A stretch of DNA of 64,000 nucleotides from Candidatus Omnitrophota bacterium (lineage in GTDB: Bacteria; Omnitrophota; Gorgyraeia; 1-14-0-20-64-10), in assembly GCA_023248155.1 (NCBI GenBank), contig JAHFFE010000005.1:29057-93056 (forward strand), in the 5' to 3' direction. This document shows, piece after piece, positions 18,927 through 28,388 of the stretch. The notes under the pieces were generated by a model. The model made no database searches and was not told where the DNA came from. It saw nothing but the letters and a program-made list of their open reading frames with translations. Position numbers and translations under genes: made by a program. Numbering within the stretch: the first letter of the stretch is position 1; the number at the start of each line of letters is the position of its first letter.

Positions 18927-19931
18927 ATGGATTTGGATCGCGCCGCCTTATTGATTCAGTCGGAGTTTTCGTTTTTGCAGAGGGTTCATGCCCAGTGGAG
19001 TTTGACCGAGGGACCGCAGGATATGGAGCTGGTCGCGCATGCGCTGCGCGTGCTGTTGCACATGGGCAAGGCCGGTGAATCGCTTCCTGAATATCTGGCG
19101 CTGGTTAAGACGCAGCATACCGACGGCGGATGGGGCCGTGAATCATCCGAGCCGGAATCAGCCGCCTGGGTTTCGGCGTTTTGCGGCCTGATGTTGATCC
19201 GCGCCAACACATCGCTCAAGAACGAAGAGATCGAGAAGTCACTCTGGAGGTCGATCGACTATTTCCTGCAGCAGCAGTCTGCCGACGGCCGCTGGAAAGA
19301 CAGCGAGTGGGGCGACCTCGATACCACCTCGCACCCGGTCAGCTTTTTCAATGTCGTGCTGGCGCTGGGCACTCCCAAGATGAAAGACGCGGTCCGCGCT
19401 TCATGGCGTAAAGGACTGCGGTTCATTCTCGATAATCAGTCGGAAGACGGCGGCTGGTACGATCCGGTTTTTCAGCCGTCCGGCGTTGAAACAACGGCGC
19501 ACCTCGTGCAGGATGCCGTCATCGCGTCGCTGACGCTGCCCGACGGGCTTCCGGTCCGCCCGGCCTGCGAAAAAGGGCTGAACTGGATTTTAAATCATCA
19601 GGATGCCGACGGGTCATGGGATGAAAAGAACATGGACCACACGATGGACTGTACCCGTTCCACGATGTTAATTTCGCGATTGCTGCGGGCCGAAGAAAAA
19701 GCCCGGCCGGCCATTGAAAAAGCGATCGAGTGGACCGTGAAGTTCAAAAATGCCGAAGGATGGCCCGATTTTCCGGGCATGGAGACCAACCTGGAGCGGA
19801 CCTGCGACGGCCTTGATGTTTTGCTGAAGTATGAAGCGTGGCGTCAGGGAGATCCGATGGAATCGGCGCGCCGGTGGGGTTATGTGGCCGGTGAACCGGA
19901 ATTTCTGAAGGGTGCTTTAGCCGGCGTTTAA
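18927..19931 (+). CDS. Prenyltransferase/squalene-oxidase (QW) repeat protein, single (alpha/alpha)6 barrel size
   Basis: QHTDGGW, QSADGRW, QSEDGGW, QDADGSW, KNAEGW; AAGGAG SD upstream. Confidence 0.8.
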   Translation: MDLDRAALLIQSEFSFLQRVHAQWSLTEGPQDMELVAHALRVLLHMGKAGESLPEYLALVKTQHTDGGWGRESSEPESAAWVSAFCGLMLIRANTSLKNEEIEKSLWRSIDYFLQQQSADGRWKDSEWGDLDTTSHPVSFFNVVLALGTPKMKDAVRASWRKGLRFILDNQSEDGGWYDPVFQPSGVETTAHLVQDAVIASLTLPDGLPVRPACEKGLNWILNHQDADGSWDEKNMDHTMDCTRSTMLISRLLRAEEKARPAIEKAIEWTVKFKNAEGWPDFPGMETNLERTCDGLDVLLKYEAWRQGDPMESARRWGYVAGEPEFLKGALAGV

Positions 19932-20276
19932 ATGAGCGAACCAAAACAGCCGGTTGCTTCGGAGTCGGAACTTCCCGAAGGATCTTCCAAGCTGGTCACT
20001 GTGGACGGTAAGGAAGTGGCGCTGATTCGTGCCGAGGGCGCACTCTACGCCGTTGGTAACCGCTGTCCGCATCGCAGCGGGCCGCTGGTCCGCGGAAAAG
20101 TAGAACACGTCCCGGAGAATCCGGCCGATCCATCCTCCAAAACAACGCTGGCGGTTCGCTGCCCAATTCACGGCTGGTTGTTCGAACTTTCGACGGGCCG
20201 TTGTTTAACGCGGCCCAGCGCTTCGGTTCCAACTTATCCGGTTGAATGCGATAACGGACAGATTTGCATTGGTTAG
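19932..20276 (+). CDS. Rieske [2Fe-2S] ferredoxin
   Basis: NRCPHRSGPL...VRCPIHGWLF.L.TG. Confidence 0.9.
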   Translation: MSEPKQPVASESELPEGSSKLVTVDGKEVALIRAEGALYAVGNRCPHRSGPLVRGKVEHVPENPADPSSKTTLAVRCPIHGWLFELSTGRCLTRPSASVPTYPVECDNGQICIG

Positions 20277-21630
20277 TATTATTCTGGCGGCCGGCGTCGG
20301 TAAACGGATGGGGGCAACTGCCGCGCCAAAATGTCTTTCATCCGTCGGCGGGCAAACGCTGCTTCACCGCACAATTGATTCTCTCCGTCTGTCCGGTGTT
20401 TCAGAAATCGTCATTGTCGTTGGTTATGAAAAAGAGCAGGTTATCAAAGAAGCCCGCGCTTGCGCGCACGGCACCCACATTCAGTTTCTGGTTAATGATC
20501 GTTACCGCGAAGGGGCGATCCTTTCTTTGTATGCGGCCCGAAAATTCCTCGACCGGCCTGTTCTGATTATGGACGCCGACGTCCTGTGTCCTCCCTCGGC
20601 ATACGAACGGTTGATCCGTTCCGTTCACGGCAACGCGCTTTTGGTAGATGGTTCGTCTTCCGATACAGGCGAGGAGCAGCTGGTGTTTGGAAAGGCGGAC
20701 CGTGTTTTCCAGATTACGAAGCGGCCGGATGAATCGTTGAAGCGGTCGATGGAATCGTACGGTGAATCAATTGGGTTCCTTAAGTTGTCGGCGGACGCGG
20801 CCCAAACGCTGGGCACGCTGCTGGATCAGAAAATAAACGCCGGCATTGTTTCCATCGAACATGAGCAGGCTTATCCGGACCTGTTTGAGCGGCACGCGGT
20901 CGGCTGTGAGCAGGTGGATGGAATTCCCTGGACTGAAATTGATACGCCCGAGGATCTGCTCCGCGCTCAGCAGGAAATTCTTCCGTTATGGACCGCATCT
21001 CCGTGCCTGAATCGGCAGATTTCGGCCTTGTTTTTTCCGGTCATTGTTCCTCTTCCTCTGACGCCGAACCAATGGACGCTGATTGCGATGCTGCTTGGTC
21101 TGTCGTCGCTGATTTTCTTTGCGTGGGGTAGTCTTTGCAGCGATTTAACCGGTGCACTGTTGTTTCAAGCGTTTTACATCGTCGATAACTGGGACGGGGA
21201 AGTGGCCCGCCGTAAGAACCTTTCGTCACGGTTCGGCGGCTGGTTTGATTTTCTATCCGACGGCCTGATTCAGATCGGACTGCCGCTGTCGTTTGCCTGG
21301 GGGCTTAGCCGCACAGGCGCTGCTGATTGGATATGGATCGCCGGCGTTGCCGGCGCTCTAGGGGTATTTCTCGATTTTATCGCGACCGGCTGGGCCAAGG
21401 CGCGCGGTTTCGGCCCTGCCATTTTTGGTGATTCGCTGCGGCGGGGCAATCATTCTGGGTTTCGTTACTGGATCGGGGTGAATATGACCAATGAAAATTT
21501 TTCATGGATTGTTCTGATCGCCATGGCGTTCAACGCGAAATGGGCGCTGTTGCTGGCGATGTCGATCGGCTGCCAGGTCTATTGGATCCGGTTTTTGTCG
21601 TCGGAATGGCGTCGACTTAAGTTACAATAG
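20269..21630 (+). CDS. Fusion of a LicC/PntC-like cytidylyltransferase and a CDP-alcohol phosphotransferase
   Basis: N-terminal IILAAGVGKRM...PKCL, MDADV, WTEIDTPEDL; C-terminal DNWDGEVARR...GGWFDFLSD signature with TM helices. Start uncertain (TTG 20242 or 20269). Confidence 0.88.
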   Translation: MVSIILAAGVGKRMGATAAPKCLSSVGGQTLLHRTIDSLRLSGVSEIVIVVGYEKEQVIKEARACAHGTHIQFLVNDRYREGAILSLYAARKFLDRPVLIMDADVLCPPSAYERLIRSVHGNALLVDGSSSDTGEEQLVFGKADRVFQITKRPDESLKRSMESYGESIGFLKLSADAAQTLGTLLDQKINAGIVSIEHEQAYPDLFERHAVGCEQVDGIPWTEIDTPEDLLRAQQEILPLWTASPCLNRQISALFFPVIVPLPLTPNQWTLIAMLLGLSSLIFFAWGSLCSDLTGALLFQAFYIVDNWDGEVARRKNLSSRFGGWFDFLSDGLIQIGLPLSFAWGLSRTGAADWIWIAGVAGALGVFLDFIATGWAKARGFGPAIFGDSLRRGNHSGFRYWIGVNMTNENFSWIVLIAMAFNAKWALLLAMSIGCQVYWIRFLSSEWRRLKLQ

Positions 21631-21634
21631 TCTT

Positions 21635-22855
21635 ATGAGCGATCCACAGATGTTTCGCAAGGGGTTTGGTCTCAAAGATCAGGTGCGCGATGATCTGGAA
21701 CAGGATTATCGCAGCATGATCGTAGAGACAGTCCGCACCCGCGGCAACCGGCTTCAGGTCGGTGATCTAACCTTTTTAATTGCCAAGGAATTCGGTTTCT
21801 GTTACGGCGTCGAGCGGGCCGTCGACTATGCCTATGAAACCCGCAAGCAATTCCCCGAGAAAAATATTTATCTCACTACCGAGCTGATCCATAATCCGCG
21901 CGTGAATAATTGTCTGCGCCAGATGGGCATCGGCTTTTTAAACGGCCCGGGACCCCAGGATAAGAAGATCGGCGAGCTGAACGCGCAGGATGTTGTAATC
22001 ATTGCCGCGTTCGGAACGCAAGTCCAGGAGATGGAACAGCTTAAGGCCAAAGGATCCATTTTGGTGGATGCCACCTGCGGATCGGTGGTGCTGGTCTGGA
22101 AGCGCGTCGAGCAGTACGCGAAAGACGGATTTACGGCGGTGGTGCACGGCAACTACCGGCATGAAGAAACCCGCGCCACAGTTTCACGCGCCACGCAGTT
22201 TCCCCAGGGCAGATATCTGGTTGTCTGGGATAAGGACGAAGCGAAGCTGGTGTGCGAGTATATCCGGACCGGCAAAGATAAGGAAGCGTTCATGGCCCAC
22301 TTTGCTTCCAAAACTTCCGAAGGGTTTGATCCCGATAAAGACCTTTTACGCGTCGGCGTGGCCAACCAGACCACGATGCTCTCCAGCGATTCGCTCGAGA
22401 TCGCGCAGATGCTTAAAGAGGCGATGGCTGAGCGTTACGGGTCTGAGCAGCTGGCCGGTCATTTTCGTACTTTTGATACCATCTGCAGCGCCACGCAGGA
22501 TCGCCAGGACGCGATGATGGAATTGGTTAAGAACCATCTGGATATCGTCATTGTGATCGGCGGTTTTAACTCCAGCAACACCAGCCATCTTTCTGAAATC
22601 GCCACGCAGCACGCGCCGACGTATCATATTGATGATTCCAACTGCATTTTGTCCGATAAAGATATTCGCCATAAGCCGGTAGGGAAGCCCGTCTCCATTG
22701 TGACTTCCGGATGGCTGCCGACTTCCGGGCCGCTGACCATCGGTGTTACGGCCGGCGCTTCCACGCCGAACCGCGTTATCGGCGATGCCATTGAGCGGAT
22801 CATTCAACTTCGCGGTTATTCCACGGATCAGCTCAAATCAGCGCTCTCTTCTTAA
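21635..22855 (+). CDS. ispH: 4-hydroxy-3-methylbut-2-enyl diphosphate reductase
   Basis: FGFCYGVERA, IHNP, DATC, NQTT, DTICSATQDRQ, SSNT, TAGASTP. Confidence 0.96.
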   Translation: MSDPQMFRKGFGLKDQVRDDLEQDYRSMIVETVRTRGNRLQVGDLTFLIAKEFGFCYGVERAVDYAYETRKQFPEKNIYLTTELIHNPRVNNCLRQMGIGFLNGPGPQDKKIGELNAQDVVIIAAFGTQVQEMEQLKAKGSILVDATCGSVVLVWKRVEQYAKDGFTAVVHGNYRHEETRATVSRATQFPQGRYLVVWDKDEAKLVCEYIRTGKDKEAFMAHFASKTSEGFDPDKDLLRVGVANQTTMLSSDSLEIAQMLKEAMAERYGSEQLAGHFRTFDTICSATQDRQDAMMELVKNHLDIVIVIGGFNSSNTSHLSEIATQHAPTYHIDDSNCILSDKDIRHKPVGKPVSIVTSGWLPTSGPLTIGVTAGASTPNRVIGDAIERIIQLRGYSTDQLKSALSS

Positions 22856-22880
22856 GAACCGCTTATTCTGTTAACCACCC

Positions 22881-22910
22881 TTGACAAAGCCGTACCGCAT
22901 CAACCACACT
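22881..22910 (+). promoter_or_regulatory. Putative sigma70 promoter for the T2SS operon
   Basis: Perfect TTGACA at 22881; weak -10 CACACT at 22905-22910 (18-bp spacer). Confidence 0.35.
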
Positions 22911-22913
22911 TCT

Positions 22914-23192
22914 AGAGCCGGTTTCACAACCTCCCGTGGCCGCGCTTAAGCAGAATGACGAGCCAGACAAGGCGCGAGGAGGCCGGCGTAGTCAAAGTAC
23001 TACGGCAACGACGAGCAACGCAGTATGGCGAAGTCAGGATGTTAAGCCCGAAGGGTTTCGGCGGCAGGCCGCCGTCTCCTGCGGCGCTCTTCCTCGGCGG
23101 ATTGCTGTGAATACGCCGTCGTCATCGCTTCTTGGATACGGCGGGGCCTGGCGCTCGAAACGCGGTTCACGCGAGGTTGTGAAACCGGCTCT
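22914..23192. mobile_element. MITE-like non-autonomous element with terminal inverted repeats
   Basis: Perfect 20-bp TIR AGAGCCGGTTTCACAACCTC (22914-22933) / GAGGTTGTGAAACCGGCTCT (23173-23192), extending imperfectly inward; ends overlap CTAG and TTAG; no transposase. Confidence 0.75.
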
Positions 23193-23211
23193 TAGTTAAG
23201 GGGGATGATTG

Positions 23212-24840
23212 ATGTCGGTCAAGCGCAGTGCCGTTCGAATTGGAGACCTTCTGATTAAAGAGGGGGTTATTACCTCTGATCAGTTGGAGCAGGCTTTGGC
23301 GGCCCAGAACCGTTCAGAAAATGAGCCGCTGTGCGCTGCCTTGTCCCGGCTTAATATTCTTTCCGAAGAAAAATCGCTTCCTATTCTTGCCCGCCAATTG
23401 GGCATGGAAATCATTTCTGTTGATCAGCAAAAAATTTCAGCCGATTTATTAAAGCTGGTTCCCGCGCGCATCGCGACTCGCTATCATATTTTGCCGGTTT
23501 CCCGGGAAGGACAGTCGCTGCGGGTGGCGACAGCGGACCCTCTCAATATCAAGGTTTTCGATGAGCTTCAGATGCTGACGCATTGTACGATTCTTCCGGT
23601 ACTGGTATTGGGACAGCAGTTGACCGAGGCTATCCGTCACTATTACGGGGTTGGCGCCGATATGGTCGAATCGATGGTGGACGATGGAGAACTCGCGAAG
23701 GCCGCTGAACTAAGAGAAGCCGCTGAAGATCTCGACAAGATCGGCGGTGAAGCGTCGACAGTCAAATTCGTCAACCAGCTTTTATTGGAAGCGGTGCGTG
23801 ATCGCGCGACCGATGTTCACCTGGAACCCTATGAAAAACGGCTGCTGATCCGCTACCGGATTGACGGTATTTTGTACGAGGTTCCTGTTTCCGCCGACAT
23901 GAAACGATTTCATTCAGGCATTGTTTCCCGCGTTAAAGTGATGTGCAATCTGAACGTGGCCGAGCATCGGCTTCCGCAGGATGGCCGCACCAAGGTCAAG
24001 GTGGGCGGCCGTGATTTGGATTTGCGCGTGTCCATCTTGCCCGCTGCGTTCGGCGAGTCGGTCATGATCCGTTTGCTGTCCACGAATGTGGTCTTAGGTC
24101 TGGAACAGATCGGGTTGCTGCCGGACCACCTGGCCCTGTTGGAAAAAATGGTGGTCAAACCGCACGGCATTGTTTTCGTGAGCGGACCCACCGGCGCCGG
24201 AAAAACAACCACGCTGTATGCCGCTCTGGCGCGCATGAACGACCGCAAGCGCAAGGTCATTACGATTGAAGATCCGATTGAATATTTAATGCCGGGCATC
24301 ACCCAGATTCAGGTCCATCCGAAAATTGATTTTACATTCGCGGCCGCGCTGCGTTCCGTGCTGCGCCATGATCCGGATGTGGTGATGCTCGGTGAGGTGC
24401 GCGATTTTGAAACCGCGGAGACTGCCATTCGGACCGCGCTGACCGGGCACCTCGTTTTTTCAACGCTGCATACGAACGACGCGGCCGGCTGCATGACCCG
24501 ATTGCTTGATATGGGCATCGAGCCGTACCTGGCGGCTTCTTCGTTGGAATGCGCGATCGCGGTTCGGTTGGTTCGGTTGATTTGTCCCGAGTGCCGCGCG
24601 AAAGGGTGTCCCCAGTGCCGGCAGACCGGCTATAAAGGCCGAACCGGTATTTTTGAGTTTCTGGTTCTCGATGAGGATATCCGGGCATTGGTCCTGCGCC
24701 GGGCATCCGCCGGTGAAATTACAAAGATGGCTTGCTCAAAAGGAATGCGCACCCTTCGTGAAGATGGGATGGAAAAAGTTCGGCGCGGCCTGACCACGAT
24801 TGAAGAAGTGATGCGCGTTACCGAAATGGACGCTTCTTAA
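23212..24840 (+). CDS. gspE: Type II secretion/pilus assembly ATPase
   Basis: N-terminal MshEN-like RIGDLLIKEGVI, RLPQDGR, GPTGAGKTTT, TIEDPIE, LRHDPD, TGHLVFSTLHTN, CPEC...CPQC. Confidence 0.92.
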   Translation: MSVKRSAVRIGDLLIKEGVITSDQLEQALAAQNRSENEPLCAALSRLNILSEEKSLPILARQLGMEIISVDQQKISADLLKLVPARIATRYHILPVSREGQSLRVATADPLNIKVFDELQMLTHCTILPVLVLGQQLTEAIRHYYGVGADMVESMVDDGELAKAAELREAAEDLDKIGGEASTVKFVNQLLLEAVRDRATDVHLEPYEKRLLIRYRIDGILYEVPVSADMKRFHSGIVSRVKVMCNLNVAEHRLPQDGRTKVKVGGRDLDLRVSILPAAFGESVMIRLLSTNVVLGLEQIGLLPDHLALLEKMVVKPHGIVFVSGPTGAGKTTTLYAALARMNDRKRKVITIEDPIEYLMPGITQIQVHPKIDFTFAAALRSVLRHDPDVVMLGEVRDFETAETAIRTALTGHLVFSTLHTNDAAGCMTRLLDMGIEPYLAASSLECAIAVRLVRLICPECRAKGCPQCRQTGYKGRTGIFEFLVLDEDIRALVLRRASAGEITKMACSKGMRTLREDGMEKVRRGLTTIEEVMRVTEMDAS

Positions 24841-24849
24841 CAGCCCGCC

Positions 24850-26058
24850 GTGCAATTTTTCTACCGCGCCAAACAAGATTTTAAGACCGAAGCCTCGGGC
24901 GTTGTCGAAGCGCCCGATCTTTCCGCCGCGGTAACGCATTTGAAACAAAAAGGCCTCTATCCTCTGGAAGTTACTCCAATGGAAGGCGAAACGTCGCTTC
25001 GGCTGCTTGGTTTAAAACAAAAAGCGCTTTCCCGGTCGTCGTTGGCGTTATGGGCGCGTACCCTGAGCCAGGGATTGTCCGCCGGCTTGAGTTTGATGCA
25101 GTCGCTGCATCTGTTGTCGGAACAGGAACAGGGCCGTCCGCTCGGCGCTATCGCTAAACTGCTCGGAGAGTCGATTGTTTCCGGGCTGAGCTTGGCCGTG
25201 GCGATGGAGAAGATGGATTCTGTTTTTCCGGTGATGGCCATTCGTCTGGTGGAGGCCGGTGAAGCCGGAGGCGCTCTGGAAGAGGTGCTCGATTCATTGG
25301 CCGATCAGATGGAGCTGGAAGCCGAGCTGATCGCCAAAATTCAAGGGGCGTTGTTTTATCCGTTGTTTGTTTTGCTGGTAGGCGTTGGAACCGTCGGGAT
25401 TTTACTCTGGGTGGTTATCCCCAAATTGGCGGTTCTTTTCGTAGAAACGGGGCAGCCGCTTCCATGGGCGACGCGCCTGATGATTGAATCGGGCGGTGTT
25501 TTGTTTTGGTGCGCGGCAGCGCTGGGCGTTCTGCTTCCGATTTTGTATTGGACCAGTCGCCGCATGGGGATTACCATTCCGTGGATGCGCTGGTTGATGC
25601 GGTTTTTAAACCGTTTACCGCTGGTGGGGCCATTGATCGTTCAATCCGAATTCGCCCGGTTGTCGGCCGGGTTAGGGTTGATGCTCGGGCACGGGCTCCC
25701 TCTGCCGGAGTCTCTTCGGCTGGTTTCCGGAACGCTGGGCAGCGACCGGTTGCAGCGGCAACTGCAACAATCTCAGCAGTCGGTCATTGAAGGGATGAGT
25801 TTGTCGGCGGCGCTTAAAAAGAGCGGCATCCAGGAACCGTTCTTCATGACCATGGTTGGCATGGGTGAAGCGCAGGGTGATCTGGCAAACACGTTCAACC
25901 AAGCCGCGGAACGATACCGCCGCGACGTGGATCGAAGCGTAAAAATATTAAGTTCTCTGATTGAGCCGGTGATGATTCTGTTGGTGGGGTTGGCCGTGGG
26001 CGCGGTTGTTTTTTCAATGCTGTTGCCTATATTTCAGATTAATTTCGCGGTAGAATGA
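24850..26058 (+). CDS. gspF: Type II secretion inner-membrane platform protein
   Basis: AGEAGGALE, ALFYP, GEAQGDL, LIEPVMI; three TM segments. Confidence 0.92.
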   Translation: MQFFYRAKQDFKTEASGVVEAPDLSAAVTHLKQKGLYPLEVTPMEGETSLRLLGLKQKALSRSSLALWARTLSQGLSAGLSLMQSLHLLSEQEQGRPLGAIAKLLGESIVSGLSLAVAMEKMDSVFPVMAIRLVEAGEAGGALEEVLDSLADQMELEAELIAKIQGALFYPLFVLLVGVGTVGILLWVVIPKLAVLFVETGQPLPWATRLMIESGGVLFWCAAALGVLLPILYWTSRRMGITIPWMRWLMRFLNRLPLVGPLIVQSEFARLSAGLGLMLGHGLPLPESLRLVSGTLGSDRLQRQLQQSQQSVIEGMSLSAALKKSGIQEPFFMTMVGMGEAQGDLANTFNQAAERYRRDVDRSVKILSSLIEPVMILLVGLAVGAVVFSMLLPIFQINFAVE

Positions 26059-26076
26059 ACCAACTCTAGGGGACTA

Positions 26077-26496
26077 ATGAAAAAAACATCCGGGTTCACA
26101 TTAGTTGAATTGCTGGTTGTAGTGACCATCCTGGGCATTTTGGTCGCGATGGTGGTTCCTCGTTTGGCGGGCCGGACAGAACAGGCTCGGCGCGCGCGCG
26201 CCGATTCTGATATCAAGGGAAGCCTGGCTCTGGCTTTGGACCTGTTTGAATTAGATACGGGAAAATACCCCACCTCGGAGCAAGGGCTTGCCGCGCTTCG
26301 TGCTCAACCGCCTACGGTTGAAAACTGGAGAGGCCCTTACCTGAAGCAAGATCCAATCGATCCGTGGAATAATCCTTACCGCTACGCTTATCCGGGCACT
26401 CAAAATCCTCAAGACTATGATCTTTTTTCTTTAGGGCCGGATGGAGTTGAATCGACTCAGGACGATATCACCAATTGGAGCAAATCCTCCGGGTGA
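26077..26496 (+). CDS. gspG: Major pseudopilin
   Basis: GFTLVELLVV, YPTSEQGLAAL, WRGPYL, DPWNNPYRY, SLGPDG. Confidence 0.95.
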   Translation: MKKTSGFTLVELLVVVTILGILVAMVVPRLAGRTEQARRARADSDIKGSLALALDLFELDTGKYPTSEQGLAALRAQPPTVENWRGPYLKQDPIDPWNNPYRYAYPGTQNPQDYDLFSLGPDGVESTQDDITNWSKSSG

Positions 26497-26885
26497 AGAG
26501 GGGCTTCTCCCTCATTGAAGTTCTTCTGGCATTTGCTGTCCTTACCAGTTGTTTAACGGTCGTCGCGACGGCCTTTTCCCGCCATATTACCGCCTTGCGG
26601 TTTCTGCAGGATTCGCTGATCGCGGATCCTCTCACGGAAAACGCGCTTATTCATGAAGCGCTTAAGGAGCAGGTTCAGTTTCCGGATGAGGGCGTTTCTC
26701 CTGACCTTAAATTTGAGACGCGATTATCGCGCGCCGATCTGCCGTTGGAGGATCCCGCGGTGCAAGGCCTTTTCTTCGAGGAGATCATAGCCCGCACGGA
26801 GTGGATGCAAGCTGCGGCGCCGAGATCGATAACGGCCTCCATCGGTTTTCCGAAGAAAAAAAGCACGGAACCCAGCCCATCGTGA
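26493..26885 (+). CDS. Minor pseudopilin (GspI-like)
   Basis: KRGFSLIEVLLA prepilin motif; GTG overlaps the gspG stop. Confidence 0.75.
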   Translation: MKRGFSLIEVLLAFAVLTSCLTVVATAFSRHITALRFLQDSLIADPLTENALIHEALKEQVQFPDEGVSPDLKFETRLSRADLPLEDPAVQGLFFEEIIARTEWMQAAAPRSITASIGFPKKKSTEPSPS

Positions 26886-27508
26886 GAAATCCGATTCGTC
26901 GCAAAAAAGGGTTTACCTTGATGGAGCTGGTAATCGCGGCTGGTTTAACCGCCATGATGGCAACAGCGGTGGTCGTGGTTCTGGGCCGCGGGTTAACCGC
27001 CTGGAAAAGAACCGACGGCCGCCTGCAAAAAATCTTTGAGCTCAAGAAAAGCGTATCGTTGTTCGAAAAAGATCTGCGCAATGCCGCCATGTTTGACCCG
27101 CTGCCTTTTGAAGGAAAGCCGGGCGAATGGATTTTCGCCTCTTCTCAGGCACCGGACCGTTTAAGCGCCGTCGGTTACCGGCTGGCGCCCGCGCCGGGCG
27201 GAGGGATGGTTCTTGAGCGAACCGTCCAACTGCTTGACCGAGAACCGCAGCCGGTCGCCGTGAAACAACTGCTTTCCGGCGTTAAAGAAGCCCGCGTTCA
27301 ATACGCCGCTTTCCGCGGTGAGCAGGAAAAAAAGAATTTGGAATGGATGGACGCGTGGGACAGCGCCGTTCAGAACAAACAGATCCCGAAGGGAATCCGT
27401 TTGACATGGGTTGTTTCTCAGGGCAGCGCGGGGCCTGATATTTCTTTTTCCGAAGAGATATGGATTCCACAGGGAGAATGGGGAGTTATTCCGAATGAAA
27501 CGGCCTAG
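26882..27508 (+). CDS. Minor pseudopilin (GspJ-like)
   Basis: KKGFTLMELVIA, EKDLRNA, W...WD...IPKGIR. Confidence 0.78.
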   Translation: MRNPIRRKKGFTLMELVIAAGLTAMMATAVVVVLGRGLTAWKRTDGRLQKIFELKKSVSLFEKDLRNAAMFDPLPFEGKPGEWIFASSQAPDRLSAVGYRLAPAPGGGMVLERTVQLLDREPQPVAVKQLLSGVKEARVQYAAFRGEQEKKNLEWMDAWDSAVQNKQIPKGIRLTWVVSQGSAGPDISFSEEIWIPQGEWGVIPNETA

Positions 27509-28388
27509 TCAGTCGGGATCCATCTTGATGCTGGCTTTGTGGGCCACCGCGCTGTTGGCTTCGATCGGCGTGGCTCAAGCGACCCGCCTTTCTCTGCAGT
27601 ATCGGTGGGTCGATCGTCTGCGTGAGGGAAACCAGGCCCGCTTGCTGGCGGTTTCCGCGTTTCAATTGGCGGCGCACCGTTTAACGACGGCCGATCCGGT
27701 CACGGATAACGCTCAATACGACGCGCCGAAAGAATCGTGGGGGCAATTGTTAAAAAAGCCGCTGCAGCTTTCTTCGGGGACCATTCGCTATCAGATTACC
27801 GATGAACAAGCCAAAATTCCGATCAACGCGGCGCCCGCTGATTATCTGACGCGGCTGCCCGGGTTTTCACAGGCGGCCGTTAACCAGGTAATAACGGACC
27901 GCGCTCTCGGAAAACGGATCACGCATCCGGGGCAGCTGCCTTTACTGCCCGGTTTTGACGCGGATCAGTTAACACCGCTGATGGCGTTGGCAACCGTCTA
28001 TGGCCAAGGTCCGGTCAATCTGAATACGGCATCGTCCGAATCGCTTTCTCTGCTGGGATTTTCCGCCGGATTAATGACCCCGTTGCTGCAATACCGTTTG
28101 GGACCCGATCAGCAGGCAGGAACCGCTGACGACGGGGTTTTTGCCGAGGCCGGCACGGCCGGGGTTGAAACCGCGTTAAAAAGTTTTTTTGGCCAAGGTT
28201 TTTCACTGCCGGAGCCCGACAAACAAATCATGGACGGATTATTCTCGGCGAAACCCCCATTGCTTGGCGTGCGCTCTTCGGTGTATGCTATTGATGCGGA
28301 GGGAGTGACCCGCCGGCGCGCGGTGGTTCGAAAAATTTCAGCGATCGTTGATTCCGGTGGAACCGTGAAAGGATGGCATGAAAACTAA
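27495..28388 (+). CDS. gspK: Minor pseudopilin GspK
   Basis: GSILMLALW, ITDEQAKIPIN, GPVNLNTAS; position after the GspJ-like gene. Confidence 0.82.
   Translation: MKRPSQSGSILMLALWATALLASIGVAQATRLSLQYRWVDRLREGNQARLLAVSAFQLAAHRLTTADPVTDNAQYDAPKESWGQLLKKPLQLSSGTIRYQITDEQAKIPINAAPADYLTRLPGFSQAAVNQVITDRALGKRITHPGQLPLLPGFDADQLTPLMALATVYGQGPVNLNTASSESLSLLGFSAGLMTPLLQYRLGPDQQAGTADDGVFAEAGTAGVETALKSFFGQGFSLPEPDKQIMDGLFSAKPPLLGVRSSVYAIDAEGVTRRRAVVRKISAIVDSGGTVKGWHEN

Noticed and set aside
22936-23199. 87-aa ORF upstream of gspE
   Set aside because: Lies within the TIR-bounded MITE-like element and has no transposase or other motif.
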